A DNA stretch of 22,868 bases from an uncultured Desulfobacteraceae bacterium (GCA_964451355.1 CAYVIE010000034.1:1-22868); one strand, 5' to 3'; numbered from the stretch's first letter, positions 1-10,664 are shown. Program-made: numbers and translations. The notes: generated by a model from the letters alone, not told the origin.

Positions 1-855
1 GACCTGAAATCAGGCGCAATGCCCGCCAGGGAAAAACATAAGCTTACTGTATGTGTAAGCATCCCGCCCCAGAAATTCCTGGCAGACCGAATCGGAGGCG
101 AACGCGTGAAAGTCTCAGTGCTTGTAAAACCCGGAACAAGTCCCCACATGTTCGAACCCAGGCCCAGCCAGATGAAAACAATAGCGCAAACGGATATCTA
201 TATCGCAGCAGGGATCGAGTTTGAAAACATATGGCTTGACCGCTTCGTATCGACCAATCCCGGTATGCTGATCATAAGATCATATGCAGGAATAGAAAAA
301 CGCCCCATTGACAGGCAAGGTGGCTTTGGCCGCCTGATGCATAAAAAGGGCAAAGACCCGCACATATGGCTCTCACCGCCTTTACTGATAATCCAGGCAA
401 GAAACATCATGAGAGGCTTTGTCAAGGCGGATCCCGCTGGAATCGACATCTATTTGAAAAACTACCTCCAGCTTGTAGAAGAGCTTGCAAAACTGGATAC
501 AAAGATAGCAAAACGCCTGCACCATTTGAGGAACAGGGCTTTTATCACCGATCACCCGGCATGGGGCTATTTTGCCGATGCATACGGACTTGTCCAGGTT
601 CCCATTGAACATGAGGGGAAAGAGCCAAAGCCCTCATCGATACGCTCGCTCATTGAGACGGCCGGAAAAAGAAGGATCAGGACTATAATCATCAATCCCA
701 TGCATCCCTCGAAATTTACGGATACCATTGCAAAAGCTGTCTCTGCGCGCGTGTTTCCCATAGATCCCCTTGGATATGATATTGAAAAGACGATCCTTTC
801 CGCTGCGGATGCAATCCTGGAATCCCGAGGCGGACGGAACGGAGCAAAACCATGA
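1..855 (+). CDS. znuA: Zinc/manganese-type ABC transporter substrate-binding protein (ZnuA/TroA family), N-terminus probably upstream of the window
   Basis: ORF 19..855; the frame stays open to base 1 and the in-window ATG lacks a signal peptide. Motifs VSIPPQKFLADRIGG, VLVKPGTSPHMFEPRPSQM, DPHIWLSPP, HPAWGYFADAYGL. Followed directly by ATPase and permease genes. Confidence 0.88.
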   Translation, partial: DLKSGAMPAREKHKLTVCVSIPPQKFLADRIGGERVKVSVLVKPGTSPHMFEPRPSQMKTIAQTDIYIAAGIEFENIWLDRFVSTNPGMLIIRSYAGIEKRPIDRQGGFGRLMHKKGKDPHIWLSPPLLIIQARNIMRGFVKADPAGIDIYLKNYLQLVEELAKLDTKIAKRLHHLRNRAFITDHPAWGYFADAYGLVQVPIEHEGKEPKPSSIRSLIETAGKRRIRTIIINPMHPSKFTDTIAKAVSARVFPIDPLGYDIEKTILSAADAILESRGGRNGAKP

Positions 856-1646
856 AAAACGGAAACAGTCCCGTCATATCGGTTAAAAACGTAACTTTTT
901 CATACAACCGGACACCTGTTCTGATCGATGTCAGCCTTGATGTATTTGCCGGTGATTTCCTGGCGGTGATCGGCCCCAACGGAGGGGGCAAATCAACTCT
1001 TTTAAAACTTATCATGGGACTGTATTCCCCGCAAAGGGGTGAAATCACGGTTCTGGGCAGCCGCCCGAAAAAAAGTGCGCCAAGGATAGGTTACGTGCCG
1101 CAGAATACAACAATAAACCCATCTTTCCCCGTGACCGTGATGGACGTGGTGCTCATGGGCCGCTTGGGCAAAAAAAAACGGAACCGTGTGACCCGGGCTG
1201 ACCGCGAGGCCGCAATGAAAGCCCTCAGTCTCGTCGGGATGGACGGGCTTGCAAACAGAAAAACAGGCGATCTCTCGGGAGGGCAGCAGGAAAGAGTATT
1301 TATCGCAAGGGCGCTTGCAACAGACGCCGAGATACTTATCCTGGATGAACCGACTGCAAGCATAGACTCTGAAGGAAGGTGTGAGCTTTTAGCCCTCCTG
1401 GGAAGGTTGAACAAGGACAAGACCATTATTCTTGTCACGCATGACATCATGTTTTTATCCGTTCATGTCACAGCGGTCGCATGCGTGAACAGGACGCTGC
1501 ACTATCACCCCAGGCCCGAAATAACACATGCGATGATAGAAATGGGCTACCCATGCCCGGTAGAGATGATTGCACACGGTGTCCCCCACCGGGTTCTAGC
1601 GGATCACAAAAACAGCCAGCCGGCAAAAAACAGGGACAAACGATAA
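852..1646 (+). CDS. znuC: Metal ABC transporter ATP-binding protein
   Basis: Walker A GPNGGGKST, signature LSGGQQER, Walker B ILILDEPTA, H-loop VTHD; overlaps the upstream stop by 4 bp. Confidence 0.93.
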   Translation: MKNGNSPVISVKNVTFSYNRTPVLIDVSLDVFAGDFLAVIGPNGGGKSTLLKLIMGLYSPQRGEITVLGSRPKKSAPRIGYVPQNTTINPSFPVTVMDVVLMGRLGKKKRNRVTRADREAAMKALSLVGMDGLANRKTGDLSGGQQERVFIARALATDAEILILDEPTASIDSEGRCELLALLGRLNKDKTIILVTHDIMFLSVHVTAVACVNRTLHYHPRPEITHAMIEMGYPCPVEMIAHGVPHRVLADHKNSQPAKNRDKR

Positions 1647-1647
1647 C

Positions 1648-2472
1648 ATGTCACAACTTTTCGCTTTCGAATTCATGCGCCATGCAATGGCCGCCGCGCT
1701 ACTTTCAGGAATAATCTGCGGCGTTATAGGAACATTCGTTGTAGTAAACAGGATGGTCTTTCTTGCTGGAGGGATCGCCCATGCAGCATACGGCGGAGTC
1801 GGGATAGCGCTTTATTTCGGCATATCGTTTATCGCCGGAACCATAGGGACGGCCCTGGCGGCCGCCTGGATAATGACCGCCGCATTCCTTGCACGGCCGG
1901 CCAGATCAGACACGGTGATCGGCGTCATCTGGGCGGCGGGCATGGCCCTGGGAATAATACTTGTAGACCTTACACCCGGCTACCACCCGGACCTCATGGC
2001 CTATCTCTTCGGTTCGATTCTCTCCGTGACCGCGTCCGATCTCTATGCCGCGGCATTCATCACCGGCGCCGTCATCTGCATGACCCATTTCTTTTACAGG
2101 GATCTTCTGGCGGTCTCCTATGACCCTGAATTTGCACAATTAAGAGGGGTTCCGGTGAAGCGCACCTATTTTCTGCTTTTCTCCATGACCGCCTTGTCCG
2201 TGGTCCTTATTACAAGGATAACCGGTCTGATCCTCGTCATAGCCCTTATTTCCATACCGCCGGCCATAGCGGAGAGATTCTCGAAATCCCTACCATCAAT
2301 GATGGTCATATCCGCCATTCTTGCGATCTTCTTCAACATGACCGGTCTGTATATCTCATACCGCTTCGACATAACTTCTGGCGCCGCAGTGACCCTTGCC
2401 GCCTGTATCGCATATACCATGGTCATGATATCCTCGAAATTAGGATGGCCCCAAACAGGGGCTGAGCGCTGA
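1648..2472 (+). CDS. znuB: Metal ABC transporter permease (ZnuB family)
   Basis: 274 aa hydrophobic protein; GIICGVIGTFVVVNRMVFLAGGIAHAAYGGVGIA and LVIALISIPPAIAE are typical of ABC-3 permeases; contiguous with the ATPase gene. Confidence 0.92.
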   Translation: MSQLFAFEFMRHAMAAALLSGIICGVIGTFVVVNRMVFLAGGIAHAAYGGVGIALYFGISFIAGTIGTALAAAWIMTAAFLARPARSDTVIGVIWAAGMALGIILVDLTPGYHPDLMAYLFGSILSVTASDLYAAAFITGAVICMTHFFYRDLLAVSYDPEFAQLRGVPVKRTYFLLFSMTALSVVLITRITGLILVIALISIPPAIAERFSKSLPSMMVISAILAIFFNMTGLYISYRFDITSGAAVTLAACIAYTMVMISSKLGWPQTGAER

Positions 2473-2595
2473 TAACCGCTCCTGATTCCTGCATCCCACC
2501 TGTCTGTTTTTTTAATTTTTATTTGATTTTTTTTGATATATATTTTTGATTCATCAGATAAAAGATTACCCTCCATTAACTCAGGGTGTAGAAAA

Positions 2596-3078
2596 GTGGT
2601 TTTTTACAGACTCAGGCCTTTGGCCGCTTTGTTTATTATTATCTGCCTTGTTCTGCTTCAAGGCTGCTCGGGTATAAGCATTAAACAACAAGGGGAACCG
2701 TTGCCCGGATCCGCGCCCGAAGCATGGATCGCCGTGTACAGGGGGCCCCTTGACCATCTCAAGGCGTTGCGTGCCGGCCAATGCCCTATGTACCCGTCTT
2801 GCTCGGGTTACGCCAGAGAGGCTATATCAAGATACGGCCCCCTTTGGGGCTGGTTTATAACATGCGACAGGCTTATCAGGTGCGGCGGGGATACACTTGA
2901 TTTCGCCCCCAAAGTTCCAGTTAACGGAAAGTGGAAGTATTATGATCCCCTGAGCGCGAATGCTTTCTGGTTTGATGGCCAGGATGCATTCGCTGCGGGC
3001 GGCAACAGTACTGAAACTGATGCTCCGGAGGTACAATGGCTATTGAAGAAACAACATACAGGCCCAAACACCCGGTAA
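2596..3078 (+). CDS. yidD: YidD-family membrane protein insertion efficiency factor, lipoprotein-like variant
   Basis: ORF 2533..3078; GTG 2596 gives a compact signal sequence and lipobox (LVLLQGC). Core CPMYPSCSGYAREAISRYGPLWGWFITCDRLIRCG matches the YidD signature. Confidence 0.75.
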   Translation: MVFYRLRPLAALFIIICLVLLQGCSGISIKQQGEPLPGSAPEAWIAVYRGPLDHLKALRAGQCPMYPSCSGYAREAISRYGPLWGWFITCDRLIRCGGDTLDFAPKVPVNGKWKYYDPLSANAFWFDGQDAFAAGGNSTETDAPEVQWLLKKQHTGPNTR

Positions 3079-6000
3079 GGGTGGTGACGGCAACAGCCCT
3101 TTTTGACGGACATGACGCATCCATAAACATAATCAGGAGGATTCTCCAGGATAGCGGCGCCGAGGTGATTCACCTGGGACACAACCGCAGTGTCGCAGAA
3201 ATTGTAAAAGCTGCCATTGAGGAAGATGTCCAGGGGGTTGCCGTATCAAGCTACCAGGGCGGGCACATGGAATTTTTCACTTACCTGCGACGGCTTCTCA
3301 ATGAAAGGGGTGGAAGCCATATCAGGATCTTTGGCGGCGGCGGTGGAGTGATCGTTCCCGACGAAATAGAGGCCTTGGAGTCATCAGGCATCACAAAGAT
3401 ATATTCCCCCGAAGACGGCGAGCGGATGGGGCTTTCCGGCATGATCAGCCACATGCTGGAGCATATGGACTTTTCCACCACGCAGGTATCACTCCCTGAC
3501 CCAGCCGGACTGTCGACCCGGCGGCCCGATATAACCGGAAGGCTTATTTCATATGCGGAACAAAAAACAACAGGTGCCCAAAACGGGACAACGGATAATC
3601 TTCTTGACAGGATCAGGGAGAAATCCAGGGAAAGGGAGATTCCTGTCATCGGAATCACAGGAACAGGTGGTGCCGGCAAGTCTTCACTGACCGATGAAAT
3701 CATCCTGAGATTCCGCTATGACGCCCCTGATTTAGCCATTGGCATAATATGCTGCGACCCGTCCAGGAAGAAGACAGGAGGCGCGCTTCTTGGCGACAGG
3801 ATCAGGATGAACGCCATTGATGCGGAAAACCTGTTTGTAAGGAGCATGGCAGTGAGGAGGGATTCCCTCGAACTGCCTGCGGCGCTGCCGGACGCGCTTT
3901 CAGTGCTAAAAGCCGCCGGCTACGACCTGGTGATCGTGGAAACCGCGGGTATCGGCCAGGGCGCGTCAAACATACTCGATCTTTCAGATATATCCATATA
4001 CGTGATGACGCCGGAGTTCGGCGCGGCCTCCCAGCTCGAGAAGATAGACATGCTGGACTTTGCCGATCTTGTGGCTGTAAACAAGTTTGACAGGGAGGGA
4101 AGCGAGGATGCTTTAAGGGAGATCGCAAAACAGGTACAAAGAAACCGCAAGGCTTTTGATACCCCTCCAGGAGACATGCCGGTCTTCGGAACAATAGCGT
4201 CCAGGTTCAATGATGACGGGGTCACAGCTCTTTATCACGGGCTATGCGACCTTCTGCACAAAAAGTGCGGGCTCCGGATAGAATCCATGCTTGCAAGAAA
4301 AGATATTCGGCATTCCACGGACAAGACAATCATAATCCCTCCCAGGAGAAAACGCTACCTTGCAGAGGTGGCGGAAACAATCCGCTCATACCACGAAGAG
4401 ACTAAAAAACAGGCCGAAAACCTCCGGGCGGCATGGCACGTAAAAGAGGCTGCTTCCGCGATATGCGGGAAAGAGATCGATAAGATTCCGGTCCCGGAGG
4501 CCATGGAGATGTTCGAAAAGGCGAAAAGGGAAGCCGAGTCCCTTGTAACACCCGAGACAAGAAGCCTGATGGAGCAATGGGAAGCGATCCGCGAGAACTA
4601 TTCGAATGATTCATACACGTACCAGGTCAGGGACAAGAAGGTCACGGTCAAGCTTTTCACCGAGTCCCTTTCCGGCACGATGATACCGAAGGTGGCACTT
4701 CCCGATTTCAAGGATCCCGGCGCCATATACACCTGGATGCGCAAGGAGAACATTCCCGGGCGTTTTCCTTTCACCGCGGGAGTATTTCCCTTCAAGCGCA
4801 CAGACGAGGATCCCACGAGGATGTTTGCTGGAGAAGGCGATCCGGCAAGAACAAACCGCCGTTTCAGGCTGCTCTCCGCGGAAAGCAGGGCAAAGCGCCT
4901 CTCAACCGCCTTTGATTCGGTCACCCTTTACGGGTGCGACCCGGACAGGCGGCCAGACATCTACGGCAAGGTGGGCACATCGGGAGTGAGCGTATGCAGC
5001 CTCGACGACATGAAGATCCTGTATTCAGGGTTCGACCTTGCATCTCCTGACACATCAGTCTCCATGACCATAAACGGTCCCGCCCCTATGATCCTTGCCA
5101 TGTTTTTGAATACCGCCATTGACCAGCAGGTTGAAAAATTCTCAAGGGAAAAAAGCAGGATGCCGGACCCTGGCGAGGCCCGGAAGATACGCGCGCATGT
5201 CCTGCAAAACATCCGTGGAACCGTGCAGGCCGATATACTAAAGGAGGACCAGGGACAGAACACCTGCATATTCTCCATAGACTTCGCCTTGAAAATGATG
5301 GCCGATATCCAGGAATTTTTCATAGAACACAACATGAAGAACTTCTATTCCATATCGGTTTCAGGCTACCACATAGCAGAAGCCGGTGCCAACCCGGTAA
5401 CACAGCTCTCCTTTACACTGGCAAACGGGTTCACCTATGTGGAGTACTACCTTGCCCGGGGTATGCACATAGACGACTTTGCCCCGAACCTCTCTTTTTT
5501 CTTCTCTTCCGGGATGGACCCGGAATACAGCGTGATCGGGCGTGTGGCCAGAAGAATCTGGGCCATAGCCATGAAAGAGAGATACCGCGCCAGTGACAGG
5601 TCGCAGATGCTCAAGTACCATATCCAGACTTCCGGGCGTTCCCTTCATGCCCAGGAAATCCAGTTCAATGACATAAGGACAACACTGCAGGCGCTCTATG
5701 CTATTTACGATAACTGCAATTCCCTGCACACCAATGCATACGATGAAGCTGTCACCACTCCCACCGAAGAATCGGTGCGCCGGTCGCTTGCCATACAGCT
5801 CATAATAAACAGGGAGCTGGGCCTTGCAAAAAACGAAAATCCGCTCCAGGGTTCATTCATAATCAGGACGCTGACCGACCTGGTTGAAGAGGCCGTCATA
5901 GCCGAATTCGACAGGATAGCAGAAAGAGGCGGTGTTTTCGCGGCAATGGAACGGGGTTACCAGAGGAGCAGGATACAGGAAGAATCCCTGTACTATGAAT

Positions 6001-6320
6001 ATCTCAAGCACACAGGCAAGCTCCCGATCATAGGGGTAAACACCTTCAAGAATCCTGCGAAGAATTCCATGCAGGAGATACGCGGCCTGGAACTTGCCCG
6101 CGCAACAAAGGAGGAAATCGAATCCCAGATCAGACGCAGGGATGAATTCATGGCAAGAAACAAGGACAAGTCTCAGGCAGCATTGGAAAGACTCAAGCAG
6201 ACAGCAATATCGGGAGGAAACATATTCGCCGAGCTCATGGGTACTGTCCGCTACTGTACTCTTGGCCAGATAACAAACGCCCTGTATGAAGTCGGCGGCA
6301 GGTACAGAAGAAACATGTGA
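3036..6320 (+). CDS. icmF: Fused acyl-CoA mutase (isobutyryl-CoA mutase fused, IcmF): B12-binding domain, MeaI-type G-protein chaperone, mutase domain
   Basis: 1094 aa; N-terminal LFDGHDASINIIRR (B12 domain), GITGTGGAGKSSLTDE P-loop, NKFDREGSEDA, then FPFTAGVFPFKRTDEDPTRMFAGEGDPARTNRRF and GTVQADILKEDQGQNTCIFS, which are IcmF-type mutase motifs. Confidence 0.93.
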   Translation: MAIEETTYRPKHPVRVVTATALFDGHDASINIIRRILQDSGAEVIHLGHNRSVAEIVKAAIEEDVQGVAVSSYQGGHMEFFTYLRRLLNERGGSHIRIFGGGGGVIVPDEIEALESSGITKIYSPEDGERMGLSGMISHMLEHMDFSTTQVSLPDPAGLSTRRPDITGRLISYAEQKTTGAQNGTTDNLLDRIREKSREREIPVIGITGTGGAGKSSLTDEIILRFRYDAPDLAIGIICCDPSRKKTGGALLGDRIRMNAIDAENLFVRSMAVRRDSLELPAALPDALSVLKAAGYDLVIVETAGIGQGASNILDLSDISIYVMTPEFGAASQLEKIDMLDFADLVAVNKFDREGSEDALREIAKQVQRNRKAFDTPPGDMPVFGTIASRFNDDGVTALYHGLCDLLHKKCGLRIESMLARKDIRHSTDKTIIIPPRRKRYLAEVAETIRSYHEETKKQAENLRAAWHVKEAASAICGKEIDKIPVPEAMEMFEKAKREAESLVTPETRSLMEQWEAIRENYSNDSYTYQVRDKKVTVKLFTESLSGTMIPKVALPDFKDPGAIYTWMRKENIPGRFPFTAGVFPFKRTDEDPTRMFAGEGDPARTNRRFRLLSAESRAKRLSTAFDSVTLYGCDPDRRPDIYGKVGTSGVSVCSLDDMKILYSGFDLASPDTSVSMTINGPAPMILAMFLNTAIDQQVEKFSREKSRMPDPGEARKIRAHVLQNIRGTVQADILKEDQGQNTCIFSIDFALKMMADIQEFFIEHNMKNFYSISVSGYHIAEAGANPVTQLSFTLANGFTYVEYYLARGMHIDDFAPNLSFFFSSGMDPEYSVIGRVARRIWAIAMKERYRASDRSQMLKYHIQTSGRSLHAQEIQFNDIRTTLQALYAIYDNCNSLHTNAYDEAVTTPTEESVRRSLAIQLIINRELGLAKNENPLQGSFIIRTLTDLVEEAVIAEFDRIAERGGVFAAMERGYQRSRIQEESLYYEYLKHTGKLPIIGVNTFKNPAKNSMQEIRGLELARATKEEIESQIRRRDEFMARNKDKSQAALERLKQTAISGGNIFAELMGTVRYCTLGQITNALYEVGGRYRRNM

Positions 6321-6370
6321 TTTTTGTCTCGAGAATTTCTTGTGAGATCAAAATAAACCAAGGAGAGACC

Positions 6371-7558
<1,188 letters not shown>

Positions 7559-7574
7559 ATCAGCAGACATTCGC

Positions 7575-7648
7575 CCGCACACCAGATAAGCGCCGGCAAC
7601 TGTTCGATAATATATCGGGCGGTTGCCGGCAAAGCAGGCGGCGTGCGG
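7575..7648. other. Nested intergenic stem-loop
   Basis: GCCGGCAAC (7592-7600) pairs with GTTGCCGGC (7622-7630), 9/9; inner CGATA-ata-TATCG; outer CCGCAC (7575-7580) with GTGCGG (7643-7648). No T-tract. Confidence 0.55.
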
Positions 7649-7737
7649 CCAAACGCTCACTAATTCAGCCAATATGCCGGCCTGAAATCACCAAGACCGG
7701 TTTTACAGGGAATAAACCCTTGCACCCAAGGGGCTGA

Positions 7738-8796
7738 TTACCATCCGATACCCGGCGGAATAGTACAAACAAGGAGATAACCGTCAAACACCTGCCCGAC
7801 CACGAGTATCCTGCCAACGCCGACAGCTGTGGATGCTGCTGAAAAAAATTTCCCTGGATCCGCGAAGACCGGCGTTTTATCGTAATATTCCGGCCTGATG
7901 AAAAAGACGACCGAGGGGGATTGTTCTGCCGGATCCTTTGCATGCCGCATGAAAGCCAGGTCATCGAAATGAGCGGCCACAAAGAAACCGTCTGCATAGG
8001 GCATAATGTTGTCCACCCCCTTGATCCTTGCTATCTCCTTGGGTTCTCCAAGGCTTCCATCATTGTTTCGCGGAAACTCCAGGATCCTGTTTCCCAGGGT
8101 TTCAGCCACGTATACCCTGTCAGGGCGGGCAAGTATACCGTTTGCAAAGCAGAGCCCTTGGGCTACAAAGGTCCAGGTTTTTTTGAGCGGATCATACCTG
8201 CTTACCTGGGATCTGCTCCTTTTCAGGTAAAGGTCCCAGTTGCTCTTGAAATCGTTTGTCAGGTAGATCTCGCCGTTGTCAAGCACGGAAAGATCATTGG
8301 GCGACCATAAACATACCTTGTCTTCGAGGAGGTCCATAAACACAAGGGAGTTGTTTTCCACCTTGTATATGCCGACGGCATTTTCACTTCGCTCGTTGTG
8401 ATCATAGGGATCATGAAGTATTACATACAAGAGTATATCGCCGGTTTCAGCCTTCCTTATGTCGATGCCGTGAGGCCGGAAGGCCTTGAGGCGCTGCGGC
8501 TCGTTATGTCTTTCAAAAATACCGGTTTCCCCTGTGGAGACCACGTAATAGCGTATATCCCCGCAGGCACCTGGAATGCACCTTTCCAAGCACGAGAGAA
8601 TTATCCTCTCGGGTGTATGCCACCTGTCCACTGCGAGATCCTCAGGACCCGGCCCTATCTCCACCCTGCGGCAGGCAAGCGGCTCGGCTGTAAGCGGGAG
8701 CCTTTCCCGAAGACCGCAACCAGATTGAATCAAAATCAGAAATATCAAGAATAGAATGGATATAGCGGTTCCCAGTGCCGTTTGTCTATTATCCAT
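7738..8796 (-). CDS. SMP-30/arylesterase-like beta-propeller lipoprotein
   Basis: N-terminal hydrophobic segment with a Cys lipobox (LILIQSGC); GPGPEDLAVD, SPNDLSVLDNGEIYLTND, FANGILARPDRVYVAETLGNRILEF are strictosidine synthase/SMP-30/arylesterase-like. Confidence 0.7.
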   Translation of the reverse strand: MDNRQTALGTAISILFLIFLILIQSGCGLRERLPLTAEPLACRRVEIGPGPEDLAVDRWHTPERIILSCLERCIPGACGDIRYYVVSTGETGIFERHNEPQRLKAFRPHGIDIRKAETGDILLYVILHDPYDHNERSENAVGIYKVENNSLVFMDLLEDKVCLWSPNDLSVLDNGEIYLTNDFKSNWDLYLKRSRSQVSRYDPLKKTWTFVAQGLCFANGILARPDRVYVAETLGNRILEFPRNNDGSLGEPKEIARIKGVDNIMPYADGFFVAAHFDDLAFMRHAKDPAEQSPSVVFFIRPEYYDKTPVFADPGKFFSAASTAVGVGRILVVGQVFDGYLLVCTIPPGIGW

Positions 8797-8839
8797 ACGC
8801 CCTCCCCTGGATGTTTATGCTGGTTATACTCGTAAACTT

Positions 8840-10228
8840 CTATCCATTCTCCTTGCCCGGCCGCATGATGCCGTATTTTTTCATCCGCTTCCATATGGTG
8901 ACCCTGCTTACGCCCAGGCGTTTGGCAGCCTTTGTCTGATTCCATCCCACGGATTCAAGGACACCCAAAAGCTCCTCTTTTTCATCAATCCGGTTGCCGG
9001 ATACAGGAAAAGCCGTTAAAGTGGCTTTTACCCGTTTTTTATCCCTGCCCCCCAGCTTTGGGGGAAGATGCGCTGTATCTATACTTCCGCCAGGACAAAG
9101 AACAAATGCATATTCGATAACGTTTCTTAGCTCCCGGATGTTTCCCGGCCACGGGTATTCTATCAAAAGATCCATGGCGGCCGGGGTTACGCCCAGAATC
9201 TTCTTGCCGGTGTTCCTGGAGCCCTGCTTGATGAAATGCTGAACCAGAAGTGGGATATCCTCTTTACGGTCAGCCAGCCTTGGAAGAAGTAACGGGAAAA
9301 CATTTATCCTGAAATAAAGATCCTCCCGGAACTTTCCCTCGCTGACAAGCGCCTCAATGTCCCGGTTGGTCGCGGAAACAATCCTGACATCAATGGGAAT
9401 GGGGCGGTGATCGCCTACCCTTTCGATGATCTTGTCCTCCAGGACCCTCAACAGCTTGACTTGCGTGCCGGGAGGGATATCGCCTATCTCGTCTAAAAAA
9501 ATCGTCCCCTCGTTAGCCGCCTCAAACCTGCCTATTCTTGTTCGATCCGCGCCAGTGAAGGCTCCTTTAACATGGCCGAAAAGTTCACTTTCAAGCAGAT
9601 TTTCATTCAGTGCGGCGCAGTTTACCTTAATGAAAGGCTTATCCTTCCTGGGACCTGCTTCATGTATTGCTCTTGCCGCCATCTCCTTGCCGGTCCCGCT
9701 CTCTCCAAGTATCATAACAGGAGCATCGGACTGGGCGACATTGGTGATCAGCTCGAACAGCTGTTGCATCACCGGGGTTTTCCCAACAATCCCATGGAAA
9801 CCCTCATCAAGGAAATAGGATTGTCTCAACTCTTGTATCAATCTCTGCTGGCGGACAACCTGCGAGATATCCGTAAGGATCTCAACAGCCCCAATAATCT
9901 CGCCCCGACTGTTCTTCAGCACTCTCGAGGTTTTGAGTATATGCACTGTCTTACGATCTTTGGTGGTTATGAGACATCTTTTATCCTTTACATAACCTAC
10001 TGAAAACATCTTACACCACTTTTCACCTGAAGACTCCCCGAAAAATTTACAGCCTGTGCAGTTGAGAATACGACATGTTCTGCCCACGAGTTCCTCCTGG
10101 CTATAGCCAGTGAGCGCCTCGGCCGCCGGGTTTGCCGCAACGATTCTGCCAGAAGTGTTAACAACGATAAGGCCGTCGTGCAATGTATCTAAGATAGCCT
10201 TCCAGTGCTTTGAAATCTCCATAAACAA
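8840..10228 (-). CDS. Sigma-54-dependent transcriptional activator (PAS, AAA+, Fis-type HTH)
   Basis: PAS (ILDTLHDGLIVVNTSGRIVAANPAAEALTGYS), Walker A GESGTGKE, GAFTGA loop, Walker B GTIFLDEIGD, C-terminal HTH NQTKAAKRLGVSRVTIWKRMKKYG. Confidence 0.95.
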   Translation of the reverse strand: MFMEISKHWKAILDTLHDGLIVVNTSGRIVAANPAAEALTGYSQEELVGRTCRILNCTGCKFFGESSGEKWCKMFSVGYVKDKRCLITTKDRKTVHILKTSRVLKNSRGEIIGAVEILTDISQVVRQQRLIQELRQSYFLDEGFHGIVGKTPVMQQLFELITNVAQSDAPVMILGESGTGKEMAARAIHEAGPRKDKPFIKVNCAALNENLLESELFGHVKGAFTGADRTRIGRFEAANEGTIFLDEIGDIPPGTQVKLLRVLEDKIIERVGDHRPIPIDVRIVSATNRDIEALVSEGKFREDLYFRINVFPLLLPRLADRKEDIPLLVQHFIKQGSRNTGKKILGVTPAAMDLLIEYPWPGNIRELRNVIEYAFVLCPGGSIDTAHLPPKLGGRDKKRVKATLTAFPVSGNRIDEKEELLGVLESVGWNQTKAAKRLGVSRVTIWKRMKKYGIMRPGKENG

Positions 10229-10325
10229 ACATGCTCCCTCTTTTTACTTCTTGTCCGGGTTGCTTACATCCTGAATCTGTAACGGTATTTTATTGTCGCG
10301 ATGGTGGACTTGAAAAAAGTTCATA

Positions 10326-10336
10326 GTGCTTAGCAC
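10326..10336. promoter_or_regulatory. Short palindrome GTGCT-T-AGCAC upstream of the activator gene
   Basis: Perfect 5-bp arms with a 1-nt centre, in the divergent intergenic region. Confidence 0.3.
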
Positions 10337-10346
10337 CCAGCTATTT

Positions 10347-10372
10347 AATTAATACCCCTAAATTAATACCCC
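10347..10372. repeat. Two direct copies of AATTAATACCCC (14-bp period)
   Basis: AATTAATACCCC at 10347-10358 and 10361-10372, identical. Confidence 0.6.
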
Positions 10373-10378
10373 GGGTAC

Positions 10379-10405
10379 TGTTAACACTTTATGTCAAAGT
10401 TAACA
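10379..10405. promoter_or_regulatory. Inverted repeat TGTTAAC-N13-GTTAACA, possible regulator binding site
   Basis: Perfect 7-bp arms at 10379-10385 and 10399-10405 in the non-coding divergent region. Confidence 0.4.
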
Positions 10406-10475
10406 AACTGTTTACATTGTTTGCGCAAGCAAAGCAAGCCCAAGATTGCATAAACATTAAACGCACCATAATGAT

Positions 10476-10662
10476 GACGGCTCCGTAAAAAGTCCGTCTG
10501 CTGCGTTGCGCTTCGCCGGAAAGCGGCTCAACGTACTTTTAGTACGCCTCGCCTTTTCCGGCTCGCGACGCCTTGCATACAGAGCTTTTTACGAAGCCGT
10601 CGCATGAATTTTTGATAGGGTTGAATCTTTTTCTCAGTATCAAAATTTCGACTTTTTACGAG
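10476..10662 (+). repeat. Palindromic intergenic repeat element (REP/MITE-like), copy 1
   Basis: GACGGCTCCGTAAAAAG...CTTTTTACGAAGCCGTC (10476-10492/10585-10601, 16/17) with an imperfect internal hairpin centred on GTACTTTTAGTAC; 10582-10662 matches the reverse complement of 22788-22868 at 79/81. Confidence 0.8.
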
Positions 10663-10664
10663 AC

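Noticed and set aside
2508-2550. T-rich run after znuB as an intrinsic terminator
   Set aside because: No convincing stem immediately upstream of the T-run.
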